The notes beneath the pieces are model-generated. The model was not told the DNA's origin. It made no database searches and worked only from the letters and a program-made list of their open reading frames with translations. Source: Gordius albopunctatus (Eukaryota). From it: a stretch of 64,000 nt of DNA. Shown piece by piece: positions 36,501 to 48,700 of this stretch (positions within the stretch are counted from its first letter, which is position 1; each line of letters begins with the position of its first letter). Position numbers and translations under genes: made by a program. The stretch is from positions 15,128,001 to 15,192,000 of the forward strand of contig OZ193909.1 in assembly GCA_964276515.1 (NCBI GenBank), read 5' to 3'.

Positions 36501-39484
36501 AAATGCATAAAAAACTAGTGGAAAATTTATAGGTGTTAAAGATACTTTTTATAAAATACTAGCTGTGCCCGGCCAAGCGTTGCTTTGGCTCAGTCCTTAA
36601 GTGGTTAAATAAGTATAACCTATTAATAAGACTTATCTAAAATGGGGTCATATATGAAATAATAATTCAAATAAATAAAATATCCATAATATTTATTTAG
36701 AGCACGAATTTTATCGGGTCATGGATTTTATGAACTCACTATTTTTAGTATATAATATAATAAGACAAACCAAATGCGAATTCTGTTTTAGTCATCAAAT
36801 CCGACTAAAATTAAATTTTTTTGAAAAAATTGCTGATTAATGCTGTTACTTATTATGCAATAATACCATTATTTTATTTTTCTAGTTAGCTGATTTATTT
36901 GAAATACAATTTTCTTTAATATAATAAAATAATTAATTGAAGGATGGATTTCAGCCTTGTATGTATGACGTCATTATTGTATATGATGCTATAAATGAAA
37001 CTTGCCGGGAAATGTCCGATATTTTTAAAACGAAAAGGTATTTTAGAGATCTGAAAAGGCTATTTTACCTAGTGGTGGGAAAACGCTTAGCACTAGCGCG
37101 CTTAGCACCTCCCCGCTGATGGGAATAGCCTATTAAATACGCTATGTCTACTAGCACATAGTCACTTTAAGTGCTATAAGCTATAGGAGATGGGAGGTTT
37201 GAGGCGCTATGTGCTATAGGAGATGGGAGGTTTGAGGTGCTATGTGCTATAGGAGATGGGATTTTGAGGTGCTATGTGCTATAGGAGATGGGATTTTGAG
37301 GTGCTATGTGCTATAGGAGATGGGAGTTTGAGGTGCTATGTGCTATAGGAGATGGGATTTTGAGGTGCTATGTGCTATAGGAGATGGGAGTTTGAGGTGC
37401 TATGTGCTATAGGAGATGGGAGTTTGAGGTGCTATGTGCTATAGCCGATTGCACTTAAATGCGCTACTCCTATAGCACCGGCGCTAACACTGGGAATAAT
37501 TTTTTTAATTGTTTATTTTGTTTTTATTAAATATTAAAATACATCTGAATATAATTTTTTTGCCCTATCTTACCATCTAACTACGACTTATTTTAATATA
37601 AATATTTAATTAAATGTATGACTTTAATTTTATTTTGCATTGCTTCTACATTTATTTTATCAATAAGTCGCCCCGCCCCCCTCTGAATGACGGAAAAAAA
37701 ATTTTTCCAATGTAAAAAAACCCTTACAAATTAATAATTTTTTTTTATTTAGCCCCTCCCTAATTCAACTTTTATTTTAACCGTTTGCCCCCCCCCTTAA
37801 TTCAAAACCTAGTTATGCCCTACGCCCATGTTTTTGAGAATAAAAAAATTAAACTCCCCCTTTCCTTAAGTTAATATGTTTCAATTAAAAGGAAAACAAT
37901 ACTATTGAGTGAACTTTTATGCGTTTGCGTACTCAGACTCAGACAGTCTAAGTCTGAGCTGAGTCATAATTACCAAGAAAAGGTCACGGTTATCTCCAAC
38001 TTCCTTAAACCAAATGCTATGCATGAATAGCTGGAAAGGAATCTACGTCAATAATTAACAAAATATTTGCCTGTTTTATTATATTTATCAATATAACTAA
38101 TATATATATAATGCGAAATGGTCGAAAATAAAGTTATCGTAGTTTGTGATTTTTAACGAGTGTGTTTTCATATAGACGTTGATAAAGATATCTCACTTGG
38201 GAAATCTTTTATTATATTTCCCAAATGTAACATAAAATAAGTACTTTAACCGGCTGATATAAAACACATTGGAAATATTACACTTAAAGATTAAATTTGT
38301 TATTTAAGTCGGATTTATATTGGTTATTAATTAGTGACCAACCATAACCTTTTTTAAATATTCTTAACATAAGTTTTATGTTGAGGTGACCGGGGCTAGT
38401 CGTAGCCAGGTAAATAATTATTTTTCATAAAATTAATATTTTTATGTTGAGTTGAAGAAAAGGATAAAGATATTAAAGATGAGAGGGAAAAATTAATTTT
38501 CTTTTTATCACTGACTGAATAAAAATAACATGCCATGAGTGAGTATGCGTACTCAGACTCTGAGATCTGAGTACGCATTAAAGTTCACTCTTCTTACTCT
38601 TAGGTTTTCCTTTTGATTGAAACATAATCGCCCTGATGGGATATGGATTAACTTAAGGGAAGGGGGAGTTTAATTTTTTTATTCTCAAAAACATGGGGTA
38701 GGGTAGGGCATAACTAGGTTTTGAATTAACCCCCCCCCCTCCCCGATTGAAAAAAAGTATTTTTTTAAATATTAAACATTTTGTTTAAAATTTATAATTT
38801 AAAATACTTAGCATAAATTACTTAGCAATTTGTAATTATTTACCTAGCAGTTAAATAACACCCTTTTTTAATTTTGTTTTTTCGAACAATATATTTTTAA
38901 TGGAAAATTGTTTATTAGATTACACACAAGTTCATATTAACTCTATTGTTTTCATTGAAATTATTCCCAGTGTTAGCGCCGGTGCTATAGGAGTAGCGCA
39001 TTTAAGTGCAATCGGCTATAGCACATAGCACCTCAAACTCCCATCTCCTATAGCACATAGCACCTCAAACTCCCATCTCCTATAGCACATAGCACCTCAA
39101 ACTCCCATCTCCTATAGCACATAGCACCTCAAACCTCCCATCTCCTATAGCACATAGCACCTCAAACTCCCATCTCCTATAGCACATAGCACCTCAAACC
39201 TCCCATCTCCTATAGCACCTCATACCTCCCATCTCCTATAGCACATAGCACCTCAAACTCCCATCTCCTATAGCTTATAGCACCTCAAACCTCCCATCTC
39301 CTATAGCTTATAGCACCTCAAACCTCCCATCTCCTATAGCTTATAGCACTTAAAGTGACTATGTGCTATAGCTTTAGCTCCTTAAAAACGCTATTTCCCC
39401 ATCACTAATTTTACCCCTGGCATCCCTGGGCATCTACGGCTAAATTTTCGCGCGAATCGGGCCGGTAGTTTCAGAATTTAGCCC

Positions 39485-39515
<31 letters not shown>

Positions 39516-41833
39516 CATACATACATACATACATACATACATACATACATACATACATACATACATACATACATACATACATACATACATACATACATAC
39601 ACTTTATATATATAGATTTTACTAAGTACGGCGACAGTTACAGTGTTACAGAACACTGTTATAGACGTTTACTTAGTTGAATTTGCCTGCGATTCAATAA
39701 ATCAATATTATCAATAAAACTTCTTCAAATTTTAATATAAAAATCACGGGGCACCACTACCAAAGGTTTTTTGGTTTAAACATTTGGTCCGTTGTCTGTC
39801 AATACTAAACAAAAGCCCCCTGCCCTTTTTACAACACTACATCACTAAATATGAAATTTCCGCGGTTGCAAAGGCGCTCGACGGGAACACTCGACGCGAC
39901 GGTTGTGGTACAACATTATACTTAATAAAACAAGTTTTTATAACCTCGGAAAATTATCTTAAATTTTTAATGAACGATCATTATTATTAGTAAATGTACA
40001 CATGCACTCATGAGATACTTTCAATCTCTAAAGTCCAATTTATATAATTTAATGTATTTTCCTTATTTCCCTTGTTTTCTTCTGATCGGCTCCGAGATAG
40101 GATGCAAAATTGTGGTTACCCGATATTCTGCATTATATAAATTGGAAAATCTAATTATTATTAATAGTAGGTATATATATTTGTACCTTTCCTTAATCCA
40201 TATAATTATATAGCATCTTTCAAAGGCTTTCACCAGTTAAGATGATCAATTTTGTTCAATTTAATTAAAATTGAGGAATCGTAGTGTGTAAAAGCTAAAT
40301 ACATGTATTATTTACCCTCTAAAAAACAATAACTTTTGATAAGGGTTCGAGTAAATTTAATATAAAAACAATCCATTAAATTAGATATTAATAAAAATTT
40401 ATTTGCCGTACTCAGCGATAATATCGCAATTTAACGTCCTGTTATACAAAAGTTTGAATAAACTTTTATCTATTTATAGTGTTTTTATAAATTGCATTAA
40501 AATGTACCCGAGGAAATTTTAATTTCACTAGTTTTTTTACGTCAGCAACTGAAATTGTATTACTTTAAATAACGTATCGTAACCGAATCCGTTCTTTTTA
40601 AAAAAAAAATTTAGCAATTATTCAATCTAAAAGGGCATTAAAACTCTATAAAGGATTTAAGTAATCTAAGGGCCTTTATATAAACGCGGTATTGCCTAAT
40701 ATATAATTTTTAAGCCAAAATTAGGCCCTTAATATTGTATTTTTACAACTCAGGTCCATCACCATTAAAGGCTTTAACACACATGTAAAGGATTAAGAAA
40801 CAAAGTTTATATAAAATATTTTTAAAGAGTGGGGTTTTGCGCCTAACTACATTTGTACTTTAAATTATCGGCAATTTTAGGAACGCACACTCTGCCAGAA
40901 ATAATAATGCTAAAAATATATTCTTATTTAATTTTTATCAATTATCGTATTTATGCTGCAGGACAAAAAAGTGATTTTATGGTCGAACGACGGTACAAAC
41001 AAGATATGGCATTCCAAGATTATACACACCTTCGAAGACGTCGTATGGCACGTTAGCTGGTCCATGACGGGTTCCCTCTTGGCCGTTAGTGGGGGAGACA
41101 ATACGGTATATAGAAGAAATTTAGCGTTTTGTAATAGATTGACGTTCCCTAAGGAGCTGATTTGATATTTGATTGCCCAACCCCCTCCTTACATAATTCA
41201 TAATTATAGTCCTCGCGTTTTAATTTACGAATTTATAGCAAGTTTGCACGTGAGAAGACGCCTACCCTAACAGCCTTTCATTCTTTTAAACTCTATATAA
41301 GCGTAAAATTTGAAACTTATGAACGGTTAAAACCAACGGATGTAGGATTTAGGACAATAGCTAATATGCGAAATTTAATTCTAAATCCGATATGTATGCA
41401 TGCTAACTCCGCCTTTTAAGTTTCATAAGGTGTCCAATATTATCTAATGGATGTCGTTAACTAAAGGTGGTCTATATAATCTTTCCTTGCGACAATTTGT
41501 CTTGTGCTTAGTTTGTAAAAATAGTTTTCTATACTACGATACCGTGCCTAATATAAGCCACTAATCCAAAAAAGGTTGAATGCGTTTTATCCTAAAATAA
41601 ATTATTTCTTCTATATTTTATTGTTAGTGTTCGAATGTTGGGAAAATAGATTGTTGAGGGCCCTGGATTTTATAATCTTTTTATCGATGTTTTTTATGGC
41701 ACGTGCATGTATGTTTTTTAAGGTAAACTATAGTTTTTGTGTTCAGGTTAGTATATGGCAAGAAGATGTAAATGGAAATTGGCTGTGCATTAGTGACCAC
41801 ATGACATCCTCGAATGAAAACAATGAAAGCTGA
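33535..41833 (+). CDS. SEC13: Protein transport protein SEC13 (WD40; COPII, Nup107-160 and GATOR2 subunit)
   Basis: Exons 33535-33537 (ATG only), 33577-33621, 33660-33775, 33812-33963, 34001-34140, 34519-34655, 35302-35422, 40962-41105, 41747-41833, all in phase. Peptides [69 protein letters not shown]. Confidence 0.97.
37070..39407. mobile_element. Foldback-type hAT-like element with long TIRs built from 32-bp tandem repeats
   Basis: 8-bp TSD attttacc (37062-37069 and 39408-39415); termini tagtggtggg / cccatcacta; ~430-bp inverted arms with ~8-10 copies of ggagatgggagtttgaggtgctatgtgctata; second inner IR at ~37797-37940 versus ~38563-38730. Confidence 0.9.
39486..39600 (+). repeat. (ACAT)n microsatellite
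   Basis: Perfect tetranucleotide array. Confidence 0.98.
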
Positions 41834-41975
41834 TTAAGCCTTACACCATCCGATTATCTAGCAAACAATCTATTTATGAATAACTCTGTTATCATGGCAA
41901 AATAAAAAAAATTACTTATATTTATAATATTTGAGCGATAATAAAAGTGAAATAACACAGGTCTACAAAAAAAAC

Positions 41976-42810
41976 ATCCCGCAATCCGACAAATGATTCT
42001 GATAGAGAATTTTGCGCTGAAAAATAATATGTTTTTAGTTTTTTTCTACAGTTACCAGTTTTTTATATATACGAGGCTGAAAGTGCCAAAAATGCCCTTT
42101 TTAACTCTTTGAGGCTATATTGCCACGGCATTTTTAATATTTAGTGAAAATAGTAATATATTCATGTAGATTATAGTTTCATCTATATAGGCCCATTCTT
42201 TTATTTTTTTATATCACCCTTATGCTCATATTTATACGCGTTTGCATAAACCCCGTCTCCTTATCAAAATTCGTCCTACGATGTCTGGTAAACGGAGTAC
42301 ATTAGAGTTCATACTGCCTACGCGATGTTTACTAACACATATATCTCTCTCCCTCCCTTCACTTAATCTCCTCTCTTTCTCCTCCACTTCAGGCCCCTTC
42401 GTGTGTGCCTGGCCTGGATAGATTTGAGGGCGGGAGTGGAAGAGATGGAGAAAGGGGGAGAGAGATGTGTTAGTAAAGAGCGCGTGTGTAGTATGTAGTC
42501 TCTAATGTACTCCTTTTTCAAGAGGGGAAGGAGTTCACAAAGACGCGAATAAATCTAAATATAGAGGTGTAACAAAAAAATAAATTAATGGACCTATAGA
42601 TGAAACTTTAATCTACATGAATATATTCCTATTTTCACTAAATATTAAAAATACCGTGGCAATATAGCCTCAAAAAGGCTTAAACAGGGTATCTTGGGCA
42701 CCTTCAACCTCGTATATCTAAAAAACTAGTAATTGTAGAAAAAAAACTAAAAACAGATTATTTTTCAGCGCAAAATTCTCTATCAGAAATATTGGTCTGA
42801 TTGCGGGGTG
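41976..42810. mobile_element. ~830-bp near-palindromic foldback MITE between SEC13 and the ADAMTS gene
   Basis: Arms are reverse complements (ccgcaatc..ctgatagagaattttgcgctgaaaaataat versus attatttttcagcgcaaaattctctatcag..gattgcgg; ggagtacattagag versus ctctaatgtactcc). Confidence 0.85.
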
Positions 42811-42990
42811 TAATCACAAAGTCAATATTTGAATGGCAAGTATAAACTTTTAGCCGGTCAGCTTCATTTATTGGCTCTTTTAACGAAATATAGTGTCTCC
42901 CTTGTGTCACTCAATAATGGTGTTGTAAAAACACCTGGGTTTTGTTGGTAGACAAAGGCCGTTTTTACAACACTACTCAATAGATGGAAG

Positions 42991-44018
42991 TAGTGCTGTA
43001 AACATTTGTAAAAAAATCGAACGCGTTCACGTTCGTCTAAAAAGAAAAGGAACGCGTTCACGTTCGTTCAAAATTTTATGATACATTTTTTTAAAGTTTA
43101 ATTTAATATAAATAAATGTCTTATATTTTTTAATACAATAAATAGCCATGATAAAAAATAATAGTTTTATTTCGACAATATAAATATAAATCAATATAAT
43201 CTATTTTCTTATTTATTTTTAATAATAATTGTTTTTCAAAATTGTCTTCTGATAAGCAGGAACGCTTGGCAGTTAATACAGCATTAGCTATACTAAAAAC
43301 CTGCTCCACGGGGGCAGATGAGGGGATTGGAGTATTATACTTAATAAACAAATTTTTTAAAGGAGGAAATTTATTAAAAACTTTTAATGTTTTGTCCCTC
43401 GCTACAAAAAATTGCGACAAGATATCATCCTCCAATGCGCCCTCTACTTCCTCGCCAAAAGATGATATCTCGGAATCGACAGCTCTTTCATTATCAATTC
43501 TAGGGGTTTCAATCCCTTTTTTCAATAACACTAAAAGTTTATTCTTTATAGGTTCATTCTAATTATTGAATTTGATCTTTTATATGAAACGAGTGGAAAA
43601 TATTTTTCATATTTTGGCCATGGCAATTTCAATTCATCTGCTGATTTTGAATATTCAGAATCTGAAGATGACGACGATATAATATAATGATTGTCCATAT
43701 TAACCTATAAATTAAACTATAATTAATAATATTAAACTAATTAACTTTAATCTTATCTTCTTTTGCACGTTATAGTATGTTAAAAGTATTTCGGAATCGG
43801 TAATAGGAAACAGGAAAAACAGCTGATTAAAAAATATACTTTTTTGTTAAAAATTCGGATTGACATTAATTTTCAAATAAATAAAAACAAAAAAGGGTTT
43901 TTAAAATTGAACGAACGTTAAATTCGAACGCGTTCACGTTCAAAGTTCACCAAAAGATAAAAGAACGCCGTTCATGAACGCGTTTATAAAATTTGAACGC
44001 GTTCAACTTACAGCACTA
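42991..44018 (-). mobile_element. Internally deleted hAT element
   Basis: TIR tagtgctgtaa / ttacagcacta, 8-bp TSD gatggaag, and ORF 43130-43531 with FPPLKNLFIKYNTPIPSSAPVEQVFS..KRSCLSEDNFEKQLLLK. Confidence 0.92.
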
Positions 44019-44422
44019 GATGGAAGATAGGAAATTGTAAATTTTTAGCCACATTCAGCACAAACATGCTACTTTAAATATCCCAGTCATTCAAGTTTTT
44101 GCATCCTCCTTAGCTGACTTTGACAATAGCATAGCCATTTGAACTACCTTTTAAACCTTTAATTTTAGCACTAACATTTTTTGATTTTAAATATACGGAA
44201 TTTAGCATAGTTTTATCCATAAGTACTGTTCATTTTCAATTAGATAATATTTCTTTAGTGTAAAATCTCAATTCAAAGAGGGGGATATAAATTTTTAAAA
44301 GTACTGAATAAAAAACGTCGCAAAGACAACTTTTTTATAAAAGTGAATTTAAAACAACTTATAAAATTTGACAAATATTTTCTTCAATGGATCTCAATTA
44401 ACTATTATAAAGGATGACTATT

Positions 44423-44596
44423 TAGAGGTCTACAAATGTCAAAACCCATATTCGAGACGCTTGTTTTACGTTCCTGCGAAAACCTTACTAATATATTATA
44501 TTATTGTACCCTATCGCCTGATTAAATTGCCGCGATGCCCAAAAATTATTATTGCACCATAATTATATACAACCCATACAGCGTTGCAGACCTCTA
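44423..44596. mobile_element. Small MITE with tagaggtct termini
   Basis: TIR tagaggtctaca / tgcagacctcta, the same terminus type as 9376; TSD not evident. Confidence 0.55.
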
Positions 44597-45768
44597 ACAA
44601 CTAATTCATTAAAGTATTGTAATTTTAGTATAGCAGTAACTGGCTGTGTGAAAAATGTTGGCAAAATATGGAAATACTAATTAATCCGAGGTCTGCGGGG
44701 CTAAGAACCTCTCTGAGAACAAAATCTTAATTTATATATTTTTTGAGCCACCTATCTTAATTGTTTCTATTTTTCACGTATTAATACTTTTGTATGCTTT
44801 TAGGTATTTTGACATTATTATTTCTCAAATCTACCAATATCAAACTTAATATGAACTTACACAAAACTCTCTATGAACTGCTGATGCCTTTTATTGTCTT
44901 AAGTAAATTTTTAGGGTATATTTAAGGTTAATTGTTAAGCTTAATTAAATTTGTGGTTAAAATCTTTGGTCCAAACTTTAAAGACATCGGAGGGCCAAAA
45001 CCAATCACACCTTAACAGATTTGGAAATTTAATAGGAGCTAGTATGTAAAATAAATTTAAAATTATGTTGATGTAGAGTCATATATCGCGGAAAAAACTG
45101 GAACCTTTGGTTTTGTGAGAACAGATATAAATCAACAATTAGCATGTTTAACATGGTTTAATTGCATCCATAATCAATATCGGTAATATAAAATTGGCAA
45201 GTATATTGGTAATCACAGTGTAGTGTGCCAGAAGGGATCGAGGGTAGTGGCGAAAGTGAATTATAAAAAAATTTAATACGAGTGCGTTATGTGCGTGGTG
45301 ATTTGAGGGCAGTTAATCAGATTTTTAAACTTATATATTTATCGGTTCAAACAAGTTTTATCCTGGTTTTGTTAGTTATATGTTTTAGAAATTATTTTTT
45401 GTTTATCCTGCTTCAACGCGAGGTTATGTCTTAGGCTTTATTGAAAGGATTCGTATTTGTTAAAAATTTCAATTACCCCCCAACCAAACAATTGTGTGTT
45501 CTGAGGGGGGGGGGCAATATAACAATTGTACTACACTATGACTACGACCTTTAAAATAAAAATGTATGTGTAGACTAGATATATTTATTTAATTTAGCGT
45601 AGCGAGTTTTGATAATAAATAAGTTAGCGATTTGTCAAACAATGATTGTCTTAAATGTTGTATAACTCGAGGCCTCGTCTAGTCCCCCTCAATTCCCCCC
45701 ACTCGCAGCTGACAAAAAAGTCTGATGATGTAATCGGTATGCGCGTTTTAAACATTGGTAATTGTAGA

Positions 45769-48700
45769 TCAGCAATTTCCGTTGATGCAATATTTAACGT
45801 CGTACGAGTCGTTGTTGCAAAGCGTTCCATCGGGGAAATAGGCATACCTGTGTTCGAATGCCCCGTCTCGACAATGGATAAAACACGAGGCCGATTCTTC
45901 TGCAAAATAATATTATGTGATTCAAGAATTGGGGAAAAAGTTATTTTTCCAAGGAAATGCGAGTTAAATATTCCCTGGTAAATTAATTTTAATTAGGTTT
46001 TTGTTTTAGGTAGTTGAAAAAGCAAGCTTTACATTAAATTTTCGTTGTCCTGCTCTATGGTTCATATATGAGTTTTGATAACAATAATGGCTTTTTTATT
46101 GCTTTAGGTTTGATCTAAGCATAATATTTCTAATTTTATGTTTCATTTTACGTTTTGAAAAGAGTTAAGGGGAAGTTTTAAAATATTCATATTGTAAGTT
46201 GATGTGTATTTTATCATATTTTTGAAAGATTATTTAATTATTATTAAATCATATTAAAGAGCCGCCCTCAACATTTAAAACAAATTTCACGACTAGCTTT
46301 ATGAGGATCCTATATTTTTATAATCATCATAACAAAGTAATAAATATTTCCCTTTCATAGAAATTGAAATGGAGATTTTTACCGTGTGTTTGTTCGTATG
46401 GTATTTGGTAGCCGATGTATCTAGGAGCTAGCCTCTTGCACACTTGGTCTGCGTATTGATCGTTAGTAATTATAGTGTCGCATGCCTAATTTTTGATTAT
46501 AATAATATTTTTATTTATTTAAATTTTACATTTTAAATGTTAATTCTGTAAAAAGTATCAAATAGATAAGCTATCGTTTACGTATGGGTCGGGTTGGCAT
46601 TTGCTCAAACTTTGCGTAATCCCGAAGCAACCTCTTCCACCCATTTGAGGCCTTAAATATTGGAAAAATGAAATTATTGACAATACCTATTTTTAAAGCA
46701 AAATTTTTGAATGATATTATTTTAGCTTGTGAAACGATAAGTCAACTGAAAACTATATTCTTCATAGATATATTTTCGGGAATTGTCGAGGGTGTTAAAA
46801 AATTATTGTAGTAAATATAATATTTCTTCCTCATAGAGGACATCGTCAGATAAGTAAAATAGATTTAAATAAAATATAAACTAAATAGAATGTTCTTTTG
46901 GTAGTGATAAATTAGTGTGTATCCAAAGGTAGAGGGCTACCCTTCCCATATCTTCATTTAGAGTGGGGTTAAGTCTTCTAATAAAGAAGGACTCTAACGT
47001 CTTCCTTTCAAAATATGATTTTGTAAAAAGTAGAATTGATTGTTTGAGTTTTGACGTATGATTTTCCTTTAAAATGTGGTTAGATACTCCTGTAGGTACC
47101 CCGTTGGGGCGAAATAAAGCTGCCAAGTGTTCTTTAAGCCTAACTCTTAAGTCTCTTTTTGTTTCCCCAATGTAAAACTGGTTGCAATCACTACAAGTAA
47201 TTTTATAGATAACGTTATTTGTCTGTAAATCGGATTCATAGTTATTTTGTAATATTGTTAAGAGTGATTCATTAGGTTTTTGTGTGATGATGATGTTATT
47301 AATATTATTCCTTTTTAAAATTTTTTTAATGCTTTTTAAAAATGTAAATGGTAACGATGGGTGATGCGGAAAATGTATAGATGTTTTATCATTAATATTT
47401 TTTTGCTTATTTTCAGTTAAAAAACATTTTTTTAGAATATTATTGAAAAGTTGATTTGGATATCCAAGAGAACAGAATGTTTCATATAAATAAACCATTT
47501 CTTTAATATATGCGGATTGTGAAGACGATAAATGAATTGCTCGATTAATAAACCAGCTTAAATAAAGTATTGACTTTAATTCCGTAGGTTTGTGATAAAC
47601 CTGAGTATGAAAAATATTTTGATTTCTGGTAATTAAAACGTCCAGAAAAGGCAAACATTGATTCGTTTCAATTTCAAATGTAAATTTTATGTTAATATGA
47701 AATGAATTTAATAGATTTAAAAAGTTATCTAAATCATTATCTAAGTTTTGATTCCAGAGTGCAAATATATCGTCAACATATCTACACCAAAAAGGTGGAA
47801 AGGAGGGAAGTTTTGATAATTCATTTTCTAAATATGATAAAAATATATTTGCGAGTACAGGGGCAATAGGCAAATTTACGTTGGCTTATAATTTAGGGAA
47901 AATAACTCATTTTACCGAATTAAAAATCGTTTTTTATAGGAATCTAATGCTAAAAATATGGTTATAAATGTTGTTTGCTTGTCAATATTTAACAATTTAA
48001 TTTTTTAATTAAAAACTTAACGAGTAAAACAATTTTTGGTAGTTTACGGTGGATTGTCGCATTTTCGTTTAACGAGTTTAGTTCCCACACTTCCTTTTAA
48101 GCAATGGTATTTGCATTTTTGTTCGGGTATCCAAGGTCCCCAATTACCGTTAACTTTGGCTGGGAAATTGGGTATTCGATTCATGCTACGCATGTCATTT
48201 ATAGTTTGCTGGGTTTTGCTATTTTTTGGAACACACTCTCCCGATATACACCACTGAAGTTGTAAAAATTATTACAATTTAATCGTTCTACATTTATTTG
48301 TTGATCATTTATAATATTTCTGTAAGCAAAATTACTTTTTATAGTTTTAATTACTGATTATGTTCTTAGCTAATGGAATTAATTTAAATCTTATGGTAGA
48401 ATATTGCTAAATTTAGAGCTAAAAAACTTAATTTTTTTTTGATTTTTTGAAATTTATTTATGTTGCTTGCCTTGTTACGGGCACAGGTCGTTCCTTCTAA
48501 AGCTGGGTGGGGACTTTTTTTGATGATATTCGTACCTGAAATTTGGCAAGTCAGTGCCTGGCATATATCCTGTCAAAATATTTTTACATACATACATATT
48601 ATTTTTATCAGGAATTCATAATTGTCACCAAAATTTGTAAAATTAAGTTCAAAATATTTATACAAATTAATAAAACTACTCGGTAAGGATCGTAGTATGG

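Larger units (their letters stand above)
36559..39616 (-). mobile_element. Non-autonomous Helitron in SEC13 intron 7, interrupted by a foldback element
   Basis: Minus strand starts TCtatatatataaag and ends ...gcaacgcttggccgggcacagCTAG in an A/T target. Carries a (TATG)n expansion at ~39486-39600. Confidence 0.85.

Noticed and set aside
37186..37443. Regular 32-bp repeats resembling a CRISPR array
   Set aside because: Head-to-tail repeats with no unique spacers, mirrored at ~39020-39350 within a TIR element, in a eukaryotic intron with no cas genes.
39471..39656. ORF with (VCMY)n repeat
   Set aside because: Translation of the (ACAT)n microsatellite.
45651..45981. Listed ORFs 45651-45905 (-) and 45655-45981 (+)
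   Set aside because: The real last ADAMTS exon is in a different minus-strand frame (45899-45769); these are shadow ORFs.
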